From an uncultured delta proteobacterium (GTDB lineage: Bacteria; Desulfobacterota; RBG-13-43-22): a stretch of DNA of 64,000 nt. The stretch lies in NCBI GenBank assembly GCA_963790475.1, contig CAWBOS010000006.1, positions 320,001-384,000 of the forward strand. Direction: 5' to 3'. Made by a program: the position numbers and the translations under genes. The notes beneath the pieces are model-generated. The model made no database searches and had not been told where the DNA came from. It saw nothing but the letters and a program-made list of their open reading frames with translations. Of this stretch, positions 39,191 to 49,999 are shown piece after piece (position 1 is the first letter of the stretch; each line of letters starts with the position of its first letter).

Positions 39191-39735
39191 CTAATCTCTA
39201 ACCGAACCGTACTTGGTAATATTCGTAAGCCTTAGAGCTTTTCCTTCTTCCTTATAAAAAATCCGAACCTCATCTCCAGCATTCCAAGTATATTCCGGCA
39301 AATCAAAGAATTTTTCAGGAAGACTGAAGGTAGCCAATATCTGTTGTCTCCTGGAATAAAGAGTGATTAATTTCCTTTCTCGGTCGATAATTGGGAACTT
39401 TTTAGGCTTATTAGTATTGGTATCAAAAACCAAGGAGTTGTCCAATAAAACCCCTTTTTTTTTATCCAAGAGGGTATAAGAGATGGTCTTGAAATTTCGA
39501 TCGATCGGATCATAAATTATGATTTGGTTATTTGCAGGATTTAACTTCATTCTTAAACCGACTTTTAGTTCCGGTTTAATTCCAATAATGTCTTGGGGTA
39601 GGTCATAGGTAACCGGCAGCAATTCCTTGTTACATAGTATTCTGTATCGTAGTTCCCTTCTCCAAGATAACCGACACAGCCACAACAGGCGATAAGAAGC
39701 AGCGTGCTTGCAATTAAGAGAACTCTTCTTCTCAT
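39191..39735 (-). pseudogene. DUF4881-like lipoprotein with frameshifted 5' end
   Basis: RBS + ATG 39735 and signal peptide are out of frame with the body (GLRMKL...YSRRQ...TWNAGDEVRIFYKE). Confidence 0.55.
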
Positions 39736-39793
39736 ATTGTCTCCTTTCCGTTATTTTGACACTTTCTCCTCCATCCTGTCATCATTCATTAAC

Positions 39794-40246
39794 CTACCTC
39801 ACCAGAAGGACCGGGCATTTGGCACTTCTTACAACCCTTTCGGCCACGCTTCCGATAAGGTGACTCAATAAGCCTGTTTTGCCGTGGGAGGCAATCACGA
39901 TTAAATCTATCTTTTTTTCTTGTTGATCTCTTAAGATTTCCTCGTAGTAAGGGGTTCCATTTCTGATATTGGCTATGATCTCAATTGATTTTGAATTTGG
40001 AATCTTTGCGAGTTGCTCGGTAAGCATCTTTTGGGCCGCATCGACATTTCCCTTTTCCATGAGATTAACTGTTTGTGGATCAAGGCTATAATAGCTCAAG
40101 TAGGTGGACGGAATGACTGTTCCGATCACGTGTAATAGATAGATCTTGCATTTGAATTGTTTGGCGATATCTATCGCCATTTGCAAAGCCTTGTCCGAAT
40201 ATTCGGAAAAATCTGTGGGTACCAGAATGCTTTTTGGTGAAAACAT
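39794..40246 (-). CDS. Universal stress protein
   Basis: ILVPTDFS, DLIVIASHG, GSVAERVVRSAKCPVL. Confidence 0.95.
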   Translation of the reverse strand: MFSPKSILVPTDFSEYSDKALQMAIDIAKQFKCKIYLLHVIGTVIPSTYLSYYSLDPQTVNLMEKGNVDAAQKMLTEQLAKIPNSKSIEIIANIRNGTPYYEEILRDQQEKKIDLIVIASHGKTGLLSHLIGSVAERVVRSAKCPVLLVR

Positions 40247-40293
40247 GTTGGGCCTCCTTTAAAAATTTGATAGACTTTGCTATTAATGGGAAG

Positions 40294-40322
40294 AGTATAA
40301 GATAAGGAAAAGACGGGATCAA
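40294..40322 (-). promoter_or_regulatory. Sigma70 promoter of the usp gene
   Basis: TTGATC-17 nt-TATACT. Confidence 0.6.
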
Positions 40323-40694
40323 GGAGAAAAACAGGGCGGAAGGCAAGGGGACAAAGGGAATCTTCTGAAGGAAACAGGACTGAACAGAACCGAATTCAAA
40401 TGTTTCGCTACTAATGGTTATCATTGGCAGGTGTTAACATTAGCGATTACAGATTGAACTAACAAGCCTCTTCATGTTAGATGAGGCAGAAAATCGGAAA
40501 ACTGGAATGCCTCCAGAATTTGAGGAGATGAATATGATTGGGAGTAATTATACCGTTAGAGAGAAGCAAGGTAAGGACTTTAGATGTTCATTTCGAAGTT
40601 GCCCGAACATCAGCCGATATTTCCGGAATGAAGATAGTGATGGTGGATGGGGTTTTATTGATGGAGGAAGATCATTATAATCGGTAAGGATAAA

Positions 40695-42152
40695 ATGCCA
40701 AATAATCAGATAGAAGCATTTCCTAAAGTTTCAAATAAATGGATACCGGCCTATAAGTGGAAGGCCATGGCTACGGTTGCGCTGGGGACGATGATGGGTG
40801 CCATGGATTCCAGTATTACCAACATCGCTTTTCCAATGCTGACAAAGACATTTGGTGTATCGATTACGACGATCGTATGGGTATCATTGGCCTTCATCTT
40901 TGCCAGTACAAGTCCAATGCTGATCCTCGGCCGTGTCGGGGATCTGTTCGGGCGGAAAAGGATATATATGGGTGGAATTCTAATCTTTACATTAGGACTA
41001 ATATTTTGCTCTTTATCCCAAAATGTCACCCAGCTCATTATTTTTCGGATTATTCAGGCCATAGGCGCTGCCATGGCCATAGCCTGTGGTGCGGCCATAG
41101 TTACCGAAGCCTTTCCACAAAACGAACGAGGTATGGGACTTGGCTTATTGGCTGTATCGGTCTCTGCCGGTTTAATCAGCGGTCCGGTTCTGGGTGGATT
41201 TCTACTGGGATGGTTGCCTTGGCGTTCTATCTTTTATGTAAGAATACCTTTAGGGCTTATTGTCCTGATTATGGCCATATTATTTCTCAAAAAAGACCAA
41301 AGAAGAGTAGAAAAGATAACATTTGATCTATGGGGGACCCTATTTTCATCGGGAGGGTTAGCCTGCTTTATGATCGGAGTCAACCAGCTCAACCGGTTTG
41401 GTCTGAAATCTCCTATGTTTTATTTTTTAATGGGTTTGGGTTTATTGAGTCTCATCATTTTTGTTTTTGTTGAAAAAAATGCCCAGGATCCCATTGTTGA
41501 CCTCTCTCTTTTTAAGAATCGAGTTTTTACGAGCGCTTTAATGAGTTTATTCCTTATGTTTCTGACTTATTCAGCTTATATTCTGCTCATGCCATTCTAC
41601 CTGCTGCAGGGAATTGGCATGACTCCTTCAAAGGCCGGGGTTATTATGACGGTGGTCTCCATGACTGCAATCGTTATCGGTCCCATCAGTGGCTGGCTTT
41701 CCGACCGGTTCGGTCAAGTTTGGTTTGCCACCTTGGGGGCTATTTTAACCATCATCTCCTTTTGGCTCATATTTGGATTTGACCTTAAGAGTCGAATGAT
41801 GGATATTATCCCAGCCTTGGCATTGGCTGGTTTAGGGATGGGCATGTTTCAATCTCCTAATAACAGTTCCATTATGGGGGCGGTCAGCAGAGATCGGCTT
41901 GGGACCGCTTCGGCTATGATCGCTACTTCCAGACAGGTGGGGATCTCTCTCGGTACTGCTTTGGCCGGAACTATTTATTCAGGCCAACTCATTTATCATA
42001 AAGCAGAATTAAGCAGGGGAGGTCTCTCTGGGGGGATAGCCGATAGGCTGGCAGTATCGCTTTCCTTCAGTGACTCATTTTTTATCTCAGCGATTCTGAT
42101 GTCCTCTGTGGTGGTGCTATCCATCATGACACGAGAAATAAAAACTCCGTAA
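40695..42152 (+). CDS. MFS transporter, DHA2 (14-TM) family
   Basis: D.SITNIAFP, GRVGDLFGRK, RIIQAIG, GPVLGG, WRSIF. Confidence 0.92.
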   Translation: MPNNQIEAFPKVSNKWIPAYKWKAMATVALGTMMGAMDSSITNIAFPMLTKTFGVSITTIVWVSLAFIFASTSPMLILGRVGDLFGRKRIYMGGILIFTLGLIFCSLSQNVTQLIIFRIIQAIGAAMAIACGAAIVTEAFPQNERGMGLGLLAVSVSAGLISGPVLGGFLLGWLPWRSIFYVRIPLGLIVLIMAILFLKKDQRRVEKITFDLWGTLFSSGGLACFMIGVNQLNRFGLKSPMFYFLMGLGLLSLIIFVFVEKNAQDPIVDLSLFKNRVFTSALMSLFLMFLTYSAYILLMPFYLLQGIGMTPSKAGVIMTVVSMTAIVIGPISGWLSDRFGQVWFATLGAILTIISFWLIFGFDLKSRMMDIIPALALAGLGMGMFQSPNNSSIMGAVSRDRLGTASAMIATSRQVGISLGTALAGTIYSGQLIYHKAELSRGGLSGGIADRLAVSLSFSDSFFISAILMSSVVVLSIMTREIKTP

Positions 42153-42343
42153 AATGGATAGAATTTGCTTTTGATAGGACAAGAAAAAAAACAGGGCTGA
42201 AAGACAAAGGTCGTCTCAAGGTTGGTTAGGTCAGGGCCCTCATTTTTTTAGCTAAGAGGGCATTGGGAGGACTGGAAACAGGCCGGAATTTAGCTCCTCC
42301 ATCAACGACGGCCAGAATTAGAATTTTAAAAAAGGACACAGGA

Positions 42344-43172
42344 GATGGTTTCGTAAAAAGCAAGAAAACGAGTTAACATTTTGAAATAATGTAATAAAAT
42401 ATTATAATTTTCTTGACAACTCATGGTTCGATTGATTAGAATCAATTTAAAAAACAAACGGTTAAGGTACGAAACATGATTCGGATCAAGGACCACAAAA
42501 CGAGATACATTTTCGACCCCTGGGACTATTTATGCCCCAAAGGGCGGAAGCTCATGGAGGAATCCCGGGCCGGTGTGTTTCGGCAAGAGATCCTCAACGA
42601 ACTACCAGTCAACGAGATCGCCTCCACCTTTTCTGATATTGCTGGCCGTCCGACCAAGGAACTGTATAGGGCCTTGGGGTCCCTGGTGTTGCAACAGATG
42701 CAGGACCTGACCGACGAAGAGACTTCGAAGCAGGTAGCCTTCAATCTGCAATGGCATTATGCCCTGGATATCACCGATCCGGTCCAATATGCGGCATTTG
42801 GGCCGGCTCGGGATCGTGGTGCAAACCAGGCGCAGGCCAGGGGAGTCGAACTGATCGCCCCGGTCATGGGATCGCTGCCCGAAGGCCGTCTGCCCTTATT
42901 CGCCTTTACCTTTTCCGATCAGGGAGAGGTACTCAACTGCCCAGCCGGGCATCCGCCTTTTAAGACCCAGCTGAAGAAGGATCGGCCTCGGGCCTTTTTT
43001 CCCGCCGTGCTTTGTGAAGCGTGTCCTTTGAAAGACCCCTGTCCCACCCAGGCCGGGAAAGACCACCGCTATCTGGGAACATTTTGTTCTTCCCAAGAAC
43101 TCTTGTATCTCTTGGGGCTGATAATTACCCAAATTGCCTTAAGTTGGCCGCATGGCTTTTTGCGAGTCCATC
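42344..43172 (+). mobile_element. Internally deleted IS1182/IS5-like element
   Basis: 17-bp imperfect terminal IRs GATGGTTTCGTAAAAAG / CTTTTTGCGAGTCCATC (14/17); encloses a transposase remnant. Confidence 0.75.
42476..43100 (+). pseudogene. Transposase remnant (DDE core deleted)
   Basis: N-terminal GRPT...LTDEE...WHYAL fused directly to the C-terminal CPAGH...CEACPLKDPC motif. Confidence 0.75.
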
Positions 43173-43224
43173 TTAGGAGACCTTTAATAAATTTAGTTTT
43201 TGTTCAGAGAGGAGAATTTTCCCC

Positions 43225-43566
43225 ATGGGCCGTATGACTTTCGGACCTAGCCGGCGATCCCGGCGGGAATCAAAACCCGGTCAACCCGGCAATAAGACGA
43301 TCAAGGAAATCGTTGAAGAAATCCGGGCCGGCCTGCCTTCCAAGGAGAATTACCGGGACCGATCCCTGGCCTTGCACGGGTTGATCTGTGCCCGATGCGG
43401 ACGGGAGTTTACCCCGGCCCAAAGGCAACTCCTGACGGTCCATCACAAGGATGGTAACCACCTGAATAATCCGGCCGACGGAAGCAATTGGGAAAATCTC
43501 TGTGCCTACTGTCATGAAGATATCCATTCCCGGGAACTGTTGGGAGACTATTTAAAAGGAAAGTAG
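43225..43566 (+). CDS. yajD: HNH nuclease, YajD family
   Basis: YR..SL...ICARCGREF...LTVHHKDGNH.NNP.DGSNWENLCAYCHE..HSR. Confidence 0.9.
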   Translation: MGRMTFGPSRRSRRESKPGQPGNKTIKEIVEEIRAGLPSKENYRDRSLALHGLICARCGREFTPAQRQLLTVHHKDGNHLNNPADGSNWENLCAYCHEDIHSRELLGDYLKGK

Positions 43567-43703
43567 AAGTCATTGAAGGAACGAAAAAAGTACAGTCCCA
43601 TTCTCTTATTGAGAAATGGATTCAATATACAGGTTTCGATCTCCTCAACAGCACATGGAAGCCTTCTCAGGCATCGTGCACCTTGTAGGACGTATCTTCA
43701 TTT

Positions 43704-45674
43704 TTGCCGATGATATCTCTCAGCCACGTTGGTAAATTTTACGGAAAGCAGGATGTCCTGAAGGAGGTCTCCTTCTCCATCCATCCCGGAGAGCGAATCG
43801 CCCTGGTGGGGGTGAATGGGGCCGGCAAGACCACCCTTTTTAAGATCCTGCTGGGGACCATGGAACCGGACCAGGGCCTGGTTCACAGAAAGAAAGGGCT
43901 TCGTCTCGGATATCTCCCGCAGGATGTGATAGAGCTGACCGGGAAAACCGTCCTTCAGCAGGTGATGGAAGTCAATGCTGCGGTCCAACAGACCCAGGCC
44001 GAATTTAATAAAATCACCAAAAAGCTGGACCAGACCACTGACCGGACCCAATGCGAGATCCTGGCCGTAAAGCAAAGTCATCTCCTGTCGGAAATGGAAC
44101 GTCTCGGGGCCTTTGATCTGGAATATCAAGCTAAACAGGTCCTGGCCGGTTTGGGATTTAAAGAGGATTCCTTCCAGACCCCGGTGGAAAACTTAAGTGG
44201 GGGCTGGATCATGCGGGTGGCCCTGGCCCGGCTCCTTTTGAGCCAACCGGATCTCTTGCTCTTAGATGAGCCGACCAACCATCTGGATCTGGATTCCTTG
44301 CTCTGGCTGGAAACTTTTTTACAAAACACGCCCTCGGCCTTGCTTCTGATTTCCCACGACCGGGCCTTTTTAGATCGGGTCGTTCAAAAAACCTTTGAAT
44401 TGGAAAAGGGCGGTCTCACTTCTTTTCCCGGTAATTACAGCCGGTACCTTGTTGAAAAACAAAAGCGGCTTCAGCTTCAGGAAGCCGCCTATGCCAACCA
44501 GCAGGAAAAGATACGCCAGCTTGAAGACTTTATTGCCCGCAACCGTTCCCGGAAAGACCGGGCCAAACAGGTCCAATCCCGCATCAAGACCCTTGAACAA
44601 CTGGTACGAATCAAACCCCCTTCAGCCGAACAGAAGATTTCTTTCCGTTTTCCGGAACCCGAAAGATCGGGCAAGATCGTTATGGAGTTGGAGCATATTT
44701 CAAAGTCCTTTGGTCAAAACCATCTCTATCAGGGGTTGGATTTAATGATTACCCGGGAAGATCGGATTGCCGTCCTGGGACCGAACGGGGCCGGGAAAAG
44801 TACCCTTTTAAAAATGATGACCGGAGCTGTCAAACCCGATGCCGGTCGCCGCCAAGTCGGCCACAAGGTCCGGATGGGCTATTTTGCCCAACATCAATTG
44901 GAACAACTGGAGGGGGCCCATACGGTCTGGCAGGAGGCGTCTTCGGTAGCCGGTGACCGGACCTACGGGACCTTGCGAAGTTTGCTGGCGGCGTTTCTTT
45001 TTCGAGAAGAAGATATTGAAAAAAAGGTTTCCGTCCTCTCCGGTGGGGAAAAGAGTCGTCTGGTCATACTCAAGATCCTTTTATCGGGGGCCAATTTTCT
45101 GCTCTTCGATGAACCGACCAATCATTTGGATATTCCTTCCCGGGAGGTGTTAGAGGAAGCCCTGAGAAACTTTAGCGGCACCTTGTGCATCATCACCCAC
45201 GATCGTCACCTGATCAATGCCCTGGCCAATAAGGTGCTCTATATCCGGGAAGGAAAAGCGGAACTTTTTCCAGGCAATTATCAGGATTTTGAAGAAATCT
45301 GGAAGGCCCGTCTTTCGAATATCGAACCCGCGCCAGGAAAACGACCGGAAAAAACAGAGACCCAAGCCAATAAATCCATTACCCGGAAATCACAGGAAGA
45401 AAGGCGTCAGGAAGCCGAACAGAGAAATGCCCTTTTCCGCCTCCAGGCGCCCTTAAAAAAAGAAATCGAGAATTTGGAACAGCGACTGGCAAAGGCTTTT
45501 GAGGAAAAGAAAAGAATGGAAACGCTTTTGGCCGATCCCGAAACCTATAAGGATAGTTCTCAGTTCGAGAGTTTGATGCAGGACTATGCTAGCATTGAAA
45601 AAGAAGTCAATCGGCTTACGGTTGACTGGGAAGGTGCGTTATTAAAAATGGAAATGACGGAATTGCAGGAATGA
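43704..45674 (+). CDS. ABC-F family ATPase
   Basis: Two ABC domains (GVNGAGKT, GPNGAGKS; LSGG; LDEPTNHLD), linker and C-terminal coiled coil. Confidence 0.95.
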   Translation: MPMISLSHVGKFYGKQDVLKEVSFSIHPGERIALVGVNGAGKTTLFKILLGTMEPDQGLVHRKKGLRLGYLPQDVIELTGKTVLQQVMEVNAAVQQTQAEFNKITKKLDQTTDRTQCEILAVKQSHLLSEMERLGAFDLEYQAKQVLAGLGFKEDSFQTPVENLSGGWIMRVALARLLLSQPDLLLLDEPTNHLDLDSLLWLETFLQNTPSALLLISHDRAFLDRVVQKTFELEKGGLTSFPGNYSRYLVEKQKRLQLQEAAYANQQEKIRQLEDFIARNRSRKDRAKQVQSRIKTLEQLVRIKPPSAEQKISFRFPEPERSGKIVMELEHISKSFGQNHLYQGLDLMITREDRIAVLGPNGAGKSTLLKMMTGAVKPDAGRRQVGHKVRMGYFAQHQLEQLEGAHTVWQEASSVAGDRTYGTLRSLLAAFLFREEDIEKKVSVLSGGEKSRLVILKILLSGANFLLFDEPTNHLDIPSREVLEEALRNFSGTLCIITHDRHLINALANKVLYIREGKAELFPGNYQDFEEIWKARLSNIEPAPGKRPEKTETQANKSITRKSQEERRQEAEQRNALFRLQAPLKKEIENLEQRLAKAFEEKKRMETLLADPETYKDSSQFESLMQDYASIEKEVNRLTVDWEGALLKMEMTELQE

Positions 45675-45814
45675 TCCTGGGTAAGCCATTGGTTTTCTCT
45701 TGACAAAACCCGGAGCTAATCGGTAAATACGCTCTCTGCAAAATTCCGACCCCCTCCTGCCCCTGCGGGCCTGCAGGCGCAGGCCTTGGACCTTGAACCT
45801 TGAATTAATTGAAT

Positions 45815-46267
45815 CTATCCCCGCCCCTTTGCTGTTCGGTTTAACAAACCTGTCGTGTCTTCCCAAATGATACAACCGGTGGGGCAAATCAGGCTGCAGG
45901 CCGGGGCTTGGCCCTCTTGAATTCTCTCCAGGCAAAGGTCGCATTTGGCCGCCGTATTCTTGCTATCGTCAAACTGCATGGCCCCGAAAGGACAGGCGGT
46001 CACACATTCCCGGCACCCGATACAGGCCTCACCATTGATAAGTACCACCCCTTGCTCATTTTGATAAATGGCCTCGGCCGGGCAGGACTCTTGGCAAGGA
46101 GGCTTGGCGCAATGATGACAATAGACAGGAATAAATAAGGGGCTTTTTTCGTTCACCCGGATTAACCTTGGGCCGATCCCGAGATGATGTTCCTGTTTAC
46201 AGGCGACTTCGCACGAATGACAGCCGCAACAATCCTCTTTGAAAATGGTCAACGATATTTTCCCCAT
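45815..46267 (-). CDS. 4Fe-4S multicluster protein (DmsB-like beta subunit)
   Basis: CCGCHSCEVAC, CHHCAKPPC..CP, CIGCRECVTACP, KCDLC...PAC...CP. Confidence 0.92.
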   Translation of the reverse strand: MGKISLTIFKEDCCGCHSCEVACKQEHHLGIGPRLIRVNEKSPLFIPVYCHHCAKPPCQESCPAEAIYQNEQGVVLINGEACIGCRECVTACPFGAMQFDDSKNTAAKCDLCLERIQEGQAPACSLICPTGCIIWEDTTGLLNRTAKGRG

Positions 46268-46278
46268 GGTCTTGCCTC

Positions 46279-48372
46279 CTAACCCTGGTCACACCGGGAT
46301 ATGTTGCACAACAAGACCCTCAGATTGGTGGCCCCCATCACCGGGTCCATGGACTCATGCGAGTCGTCGGTCAATAAATTAATATTGGAAATATCCCAGC
46401 CATGACCGTTATCCCTGATCTCCGGGAACCACCAGCCGTGTTCAGCCACGATCACGCCCGGGTCGATCCCGTCATTCAGCTTGGCCTTTTCCTTGATCCG
46501 GCCTCGGGGAGATTCAATCCAAACCCAGTCCATCTCCTTGATCCCGTGTTTTTTGGCCGTATCCGGATGAATCTCCACAATGGGATCGGGCCTGATCTCC
46601 CGAAGCCAGGGGACCTGGCGATTGGCCGAATGAAAAAAGGTCGGGGTTCTTAACCCCGCATTGAGAATATAAGGATATTCTTTGGCCAGATCAGGCCTGG
46701 AAAGAGGGCTTTCCGGGATCTCCGTGTATTTGGGGAGAGGGTCCCTTCCCCAGTCCTCCAAAAAAGTAGAGTAAAGCTCCACCTTCCGGGTTGGAGTGGA
46801 AAACCCTCCCTTCCGGTATTTGTAATAAACCATATCTCCTTTAAGATAGCCTTTCTCCTTGAACTGTTCCCAGGTCAATCCGGTAGGTTCAAGGAGATAA
46901 TCCAGGGCATCTTCCACGGTCTCCCACCACTCCTGCCCCATCCTTTTACCCAGCTCTTGAAAAATCTTATGGTCCTGCCAACATTCTCCGATCTCCACCA
47001 CCTTTTGACGGGCCAGGACATAGCCATGAAATTTCCAGTTCTCGGCCATATGGTTCTGTTCCAGCCAGGTCCCGGCCGGCAGGAAGATGTCGGCCAGTTC
47101 GGCAGTGGGGGTAAGAAAGAAATCGGCCACGGCCAGAAAGTCCAGTTTCTTAAGGGCGGTGTAAATATCCTTGGCGTTGGCTTCGGTAATGACCGGATTG
47201 GTGCCGACCAGGATGCCGGCTTTAAGAGGATAAGGTTTTCCGGTCAATATGGCATCCCAGGCCGCTCTGGGCGTGATGAGCGCCATCCTGGCCGCCAGCT
47301 TGTATTGTTCCCCGCCTAGTCTTTTTTCCCGCTGGGTCGGCGTCAGGGCGTCATGGCGTGAAAATTCAGAAACCTTTCGTACTTTCGGCGGGACATGGAA
47401 GACGTTTCCCCCGGGGGCGTCGAGATTGCCGGTGGCGGCCATAAGACCGATGGCGGTCCGCGTAAAATCAGTACAATTAATGGTCTGCTCGGTAGGGACA
47501 CCCCAATGGATACCGGCCGGCTTGATTGTCGCATACATCCGGGCCGCTTCCCGGATGAGGTCTTCATCTACCCAAGTGATCTTCTCCACCTTATAAAGAG
47601 GATACTCCTTGATCCTGGCCCTAAAGGCGTCCCAGCCGTGGATGTAATCGGCTACAAAGGCTTTGTCGTACAGTTCCTCTTCGATGATTACCCGGAAAAA
47701 ACCCATAGCCAGGGCGGCATCGGTTCCCGGCCTGAGCTGGAGCCAGAGATCAGCCTTTTGGGTATAGAAATTTTTTCGGGGATCGATGACGATCAGTTTG
47801 GCTCCCTTCTTATAGGCCCTCCAGAAACTGGCCCCCTTGTATTCATCAGGATTGGTCCACAGGGGATTGACAGCCCAGAGGACAATGCATTTCGGCTCTC
47901 CCTCATAATCACAAACCGGAAAACGACCGCAGGTGATTAAAGAGGCGCCTATCCGGGAGAGATAGCACATATGCCCGGCGGTCAGCACATTGGGCGTTCC
48001 CAGGAGGTTTCCGAAGCGGGAAAAGTGGCTTTCATAATCCCGTCCGGTCCCTTGCCCGATAAACAGCGATTCCGGTCCACATTCCTTGATGACCTTATTG
48101 AATTTTTCGGTTATCGTATCCAGGGCCACATCCCAGGAGATGCGTTCCCAGCCTTGTCGGGTCTTTTTCAGGGGATGAAGGATACGGTCCGGATGATAGG
48201 CGATCTGGGTGATGGCCATCCCTTTGCTGCACAAGGTTCCAAAGCTGATGGGGGACTCCGGATCGCCTTCGATTTTGACGACCTTGCCGTTAATGACCTG
48301 AGCAATCACCCCGCAGCCACCGTGGCAGCTTCGACATACGGTTCTGATTTTCTTTATTTCCTCCATATCCAT
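46279..48372 (-). CDS. Mo/W-bisPGD oxidoreductase, acetylene-hydratase-like clade
   Basis: CRSCHGGC...LCSKG 4Fe-4S motif, MCY ligand region, RPGTDAALA, ADIFLP; no Tat signal. Confidence 0.88.
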   Translation of the reverse strand: MDMEEIKKIRTVCRSCHGGCGVIAQVINGKVVKIEGDPESPISFGTLCSKGMAITQIAYHPDRILHPLKKTRQGWERISWDVALDTITEKFNKVIKECGPESLFIGQGTGRDYESHFSRFGNLLGTPNVLTAGHMCYLSRIGASLITCGRFPVCDYEGEPKCIVLWAVNPLWTNPDEYKGASFWRAYKKGAKLIVIDPRKNFYTQKADLWLQLRPGTDAALAMGFFRVIIEEELYDKAFVADYIHGWDAFRARIKEYPLYKVEKITWVDEDLIREAARMYATIKPAGIHWGVPTEQTINCTDFTRTAIGLMAATGNLDAPGGNVFHVPPKVRKVSEFSRHDALTPTQREKRLGGEQYKLAARMALITPRAAWDAILTGKPYPLKAGILVGTNPVITEANAKDIYTALKKLDFLAVADFFLTPTAELADIFLPAGTWLEQNHMAENWKFHGYVLARQKVVEIGECWQDHKIFQELGKRMGQEWWETVEDALDYLLEPTGLTWEQFKEKGYLKGDMVYYKYRKGGFSTPTRKVELYSTFLEDWGRDPLPKYTEIPESPLSRPDLAKEYPYILNAGLRTPTFFHSANRQVPWLREIRPDPIVEIHPDTAKKHGIKEMDWVWIESPRGRIKEKAKLNDGIDPGVIVAEHGWWFPEIRDNGHGWDISNINLLTDDSHESMDPVMGATNLRVLLCNISRCDQG

Positions 48373-48631
48373 CCCCTTTTCTATTCAAGACGCAGTTCCT
48401 ATCCGAAGGGAACCGAGTAAGTCCCATATTTTTTTGTTATCTTATCAAAAAAAAATAAAAAATCAAATCATAAAATATCAACTTATTTAATATCAATATC
48501 TTTAATTCTTGTCATTCGGGTCCTTTTTTAGTATATAAGTTAAATCTTATTCCTGAATTAGCATTAAGGGGCTGGAATCAAAGTTTAACCCTATGACTAT
48601 CAACCATCCTTGACCCCCCTAAGGAGTCACC

Positions 48632-49093
48632 ATGAGGTCAACCAACTATCGAAGCGATTTGAGTACTGACGAGAAAGTCCTGATGGGTGTTATCCGGGCG
48701 GCGGAATCCTTTAAAAGGGTCTTTTCGACTATTTTCAAAAATTACGATCTCTCTTTCCCTCAATATAATATACTGAGGGTCCTGGATGCCTCAATCAAAG
48801 GTCAAAGCCGGATCACCGAGGTAAGCCGGATTATGCTGGTCCCTGGAGCTAATATGACCGGGTTGGCGAAAAGATTGGAAAAAGGCGGCTTTATTCTTAG
48901 AAAGTCCGATGCCAAAGATGAAAGGGCTACCTTGCTTGAAATCACTTCAAAGGGTAAAAAAACCCTGAAAGAAATAGAAAAGGAAAGGGACCAGGGCCTA
49001 AAAGAAATGTTTAACGGTTTTTCTAAAGAGGAAAAGCATGTTCTTGTTGATCAGGTTAAACGGCTGATCAGCAACAGCAGACAACCTGTTTAA
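48632..49093 (+). CDS. MarR family regulator
   Basis: LSFPQYNILRVL, RLEKGG.I.R...KDERA...IT.KG. Confidence 0.92.
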   Translation: MRSTNYRSDLSTDEKVLMGVIRAAESFKRVFSTIFKNYDLSFPQYNILRVLDASIKGQSRITEVSRIMLVPGANMTGLAKRLEKGGFILRKSDAKDERATLLEITSKGKKTLKEIEKERDQGLKEMFNGFSKEEKHVLVDQVKRLISNSRQPV

Positions 49094-49219
49094 AGCAAAA
49101 TCATAGGATAGGGGGTCCAGCAACTTTTTAGGAGTCCCTCAAATCTAATTCCTGATCTTTTCTCGATTATCTGCGCGGCATCCAAGATCATCAAAGGACT
49201 TGCTCTCAGATGAGCCGTC

Positions 49220-49760
49220 AAGGAGTGACCATTAGAAATCGTGATTCGCCGAAGTTGGTTTGAAGTCACCGGGGAAGGCGGACTGATGGAAATGTTTGAT
49301 CTGGCCAACCTCGGTCCCGGGGAATATTAAGATGGGGGAGGTCAGTGCCCGCGTTGGAAAAGCCTGCCTGGAGTATCTGGATTTCACCATCTGCCAGGCC
49401 CTGGATGGTCGGGCCGAGGCCATTGTTTTTGCCCCATTGAACAAACTGGCCATGAGTCTGGGCAATCCCGGCTTCAAAGGGGAACAGGGTTATCTTGCCA
49501 AGCATACCAAATCCGAACTCTATGGAGAGATCAATGTCATGGAACCCCTCTTTACCTCCCGGGTATCATGATCAGGGACAGATCGCCCTCAAGCTTCTGG
49601 GCTTCGATCGGGGGGTAACTGTTGCCGAAGGTCGCCCCTTCGTTCTTACTACCCCGGCCCACGGCACTGCCTTTGATATCGCCGGCCAAGGCGTGGCCGA
49701 CATCGGGCCTTACGGGCCGCTTTCGGTTAGTACAAGTTGCCCAGCAAGAAGCCTTCATTG
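49220..49760 (+). pseudogene. pdxA: PdxA-family dehydrogenase remnant
   Basis: Fragments in different frames: FAPLNK...TSRV, then [10 protein letters not shown]...[13 protein letters not shown]; N-terminus and centre missing. Confidence 0.8.
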
Positions 49761-49999
49761 AGTTCTACCCGGCCGATAAGTCTTAAAATCCCCGGCCCCT
49801 ATAAAAAATACAGTCTGTTAAAGGCAAAAATAGTGTCTTTCAAGCATTTATTTTTTCCTTATTATGCCTCCATAATAAAAATATATTTTTCTGAAATAAA
49901 TCCAAACGAGGATTGAATTAACGGGCCTTGGTTGAGGGATAAAAACCAAGGCCCGTTAACGATTTCATTTAACTATTAGGTGAGGAGGAAAAAAATCAA

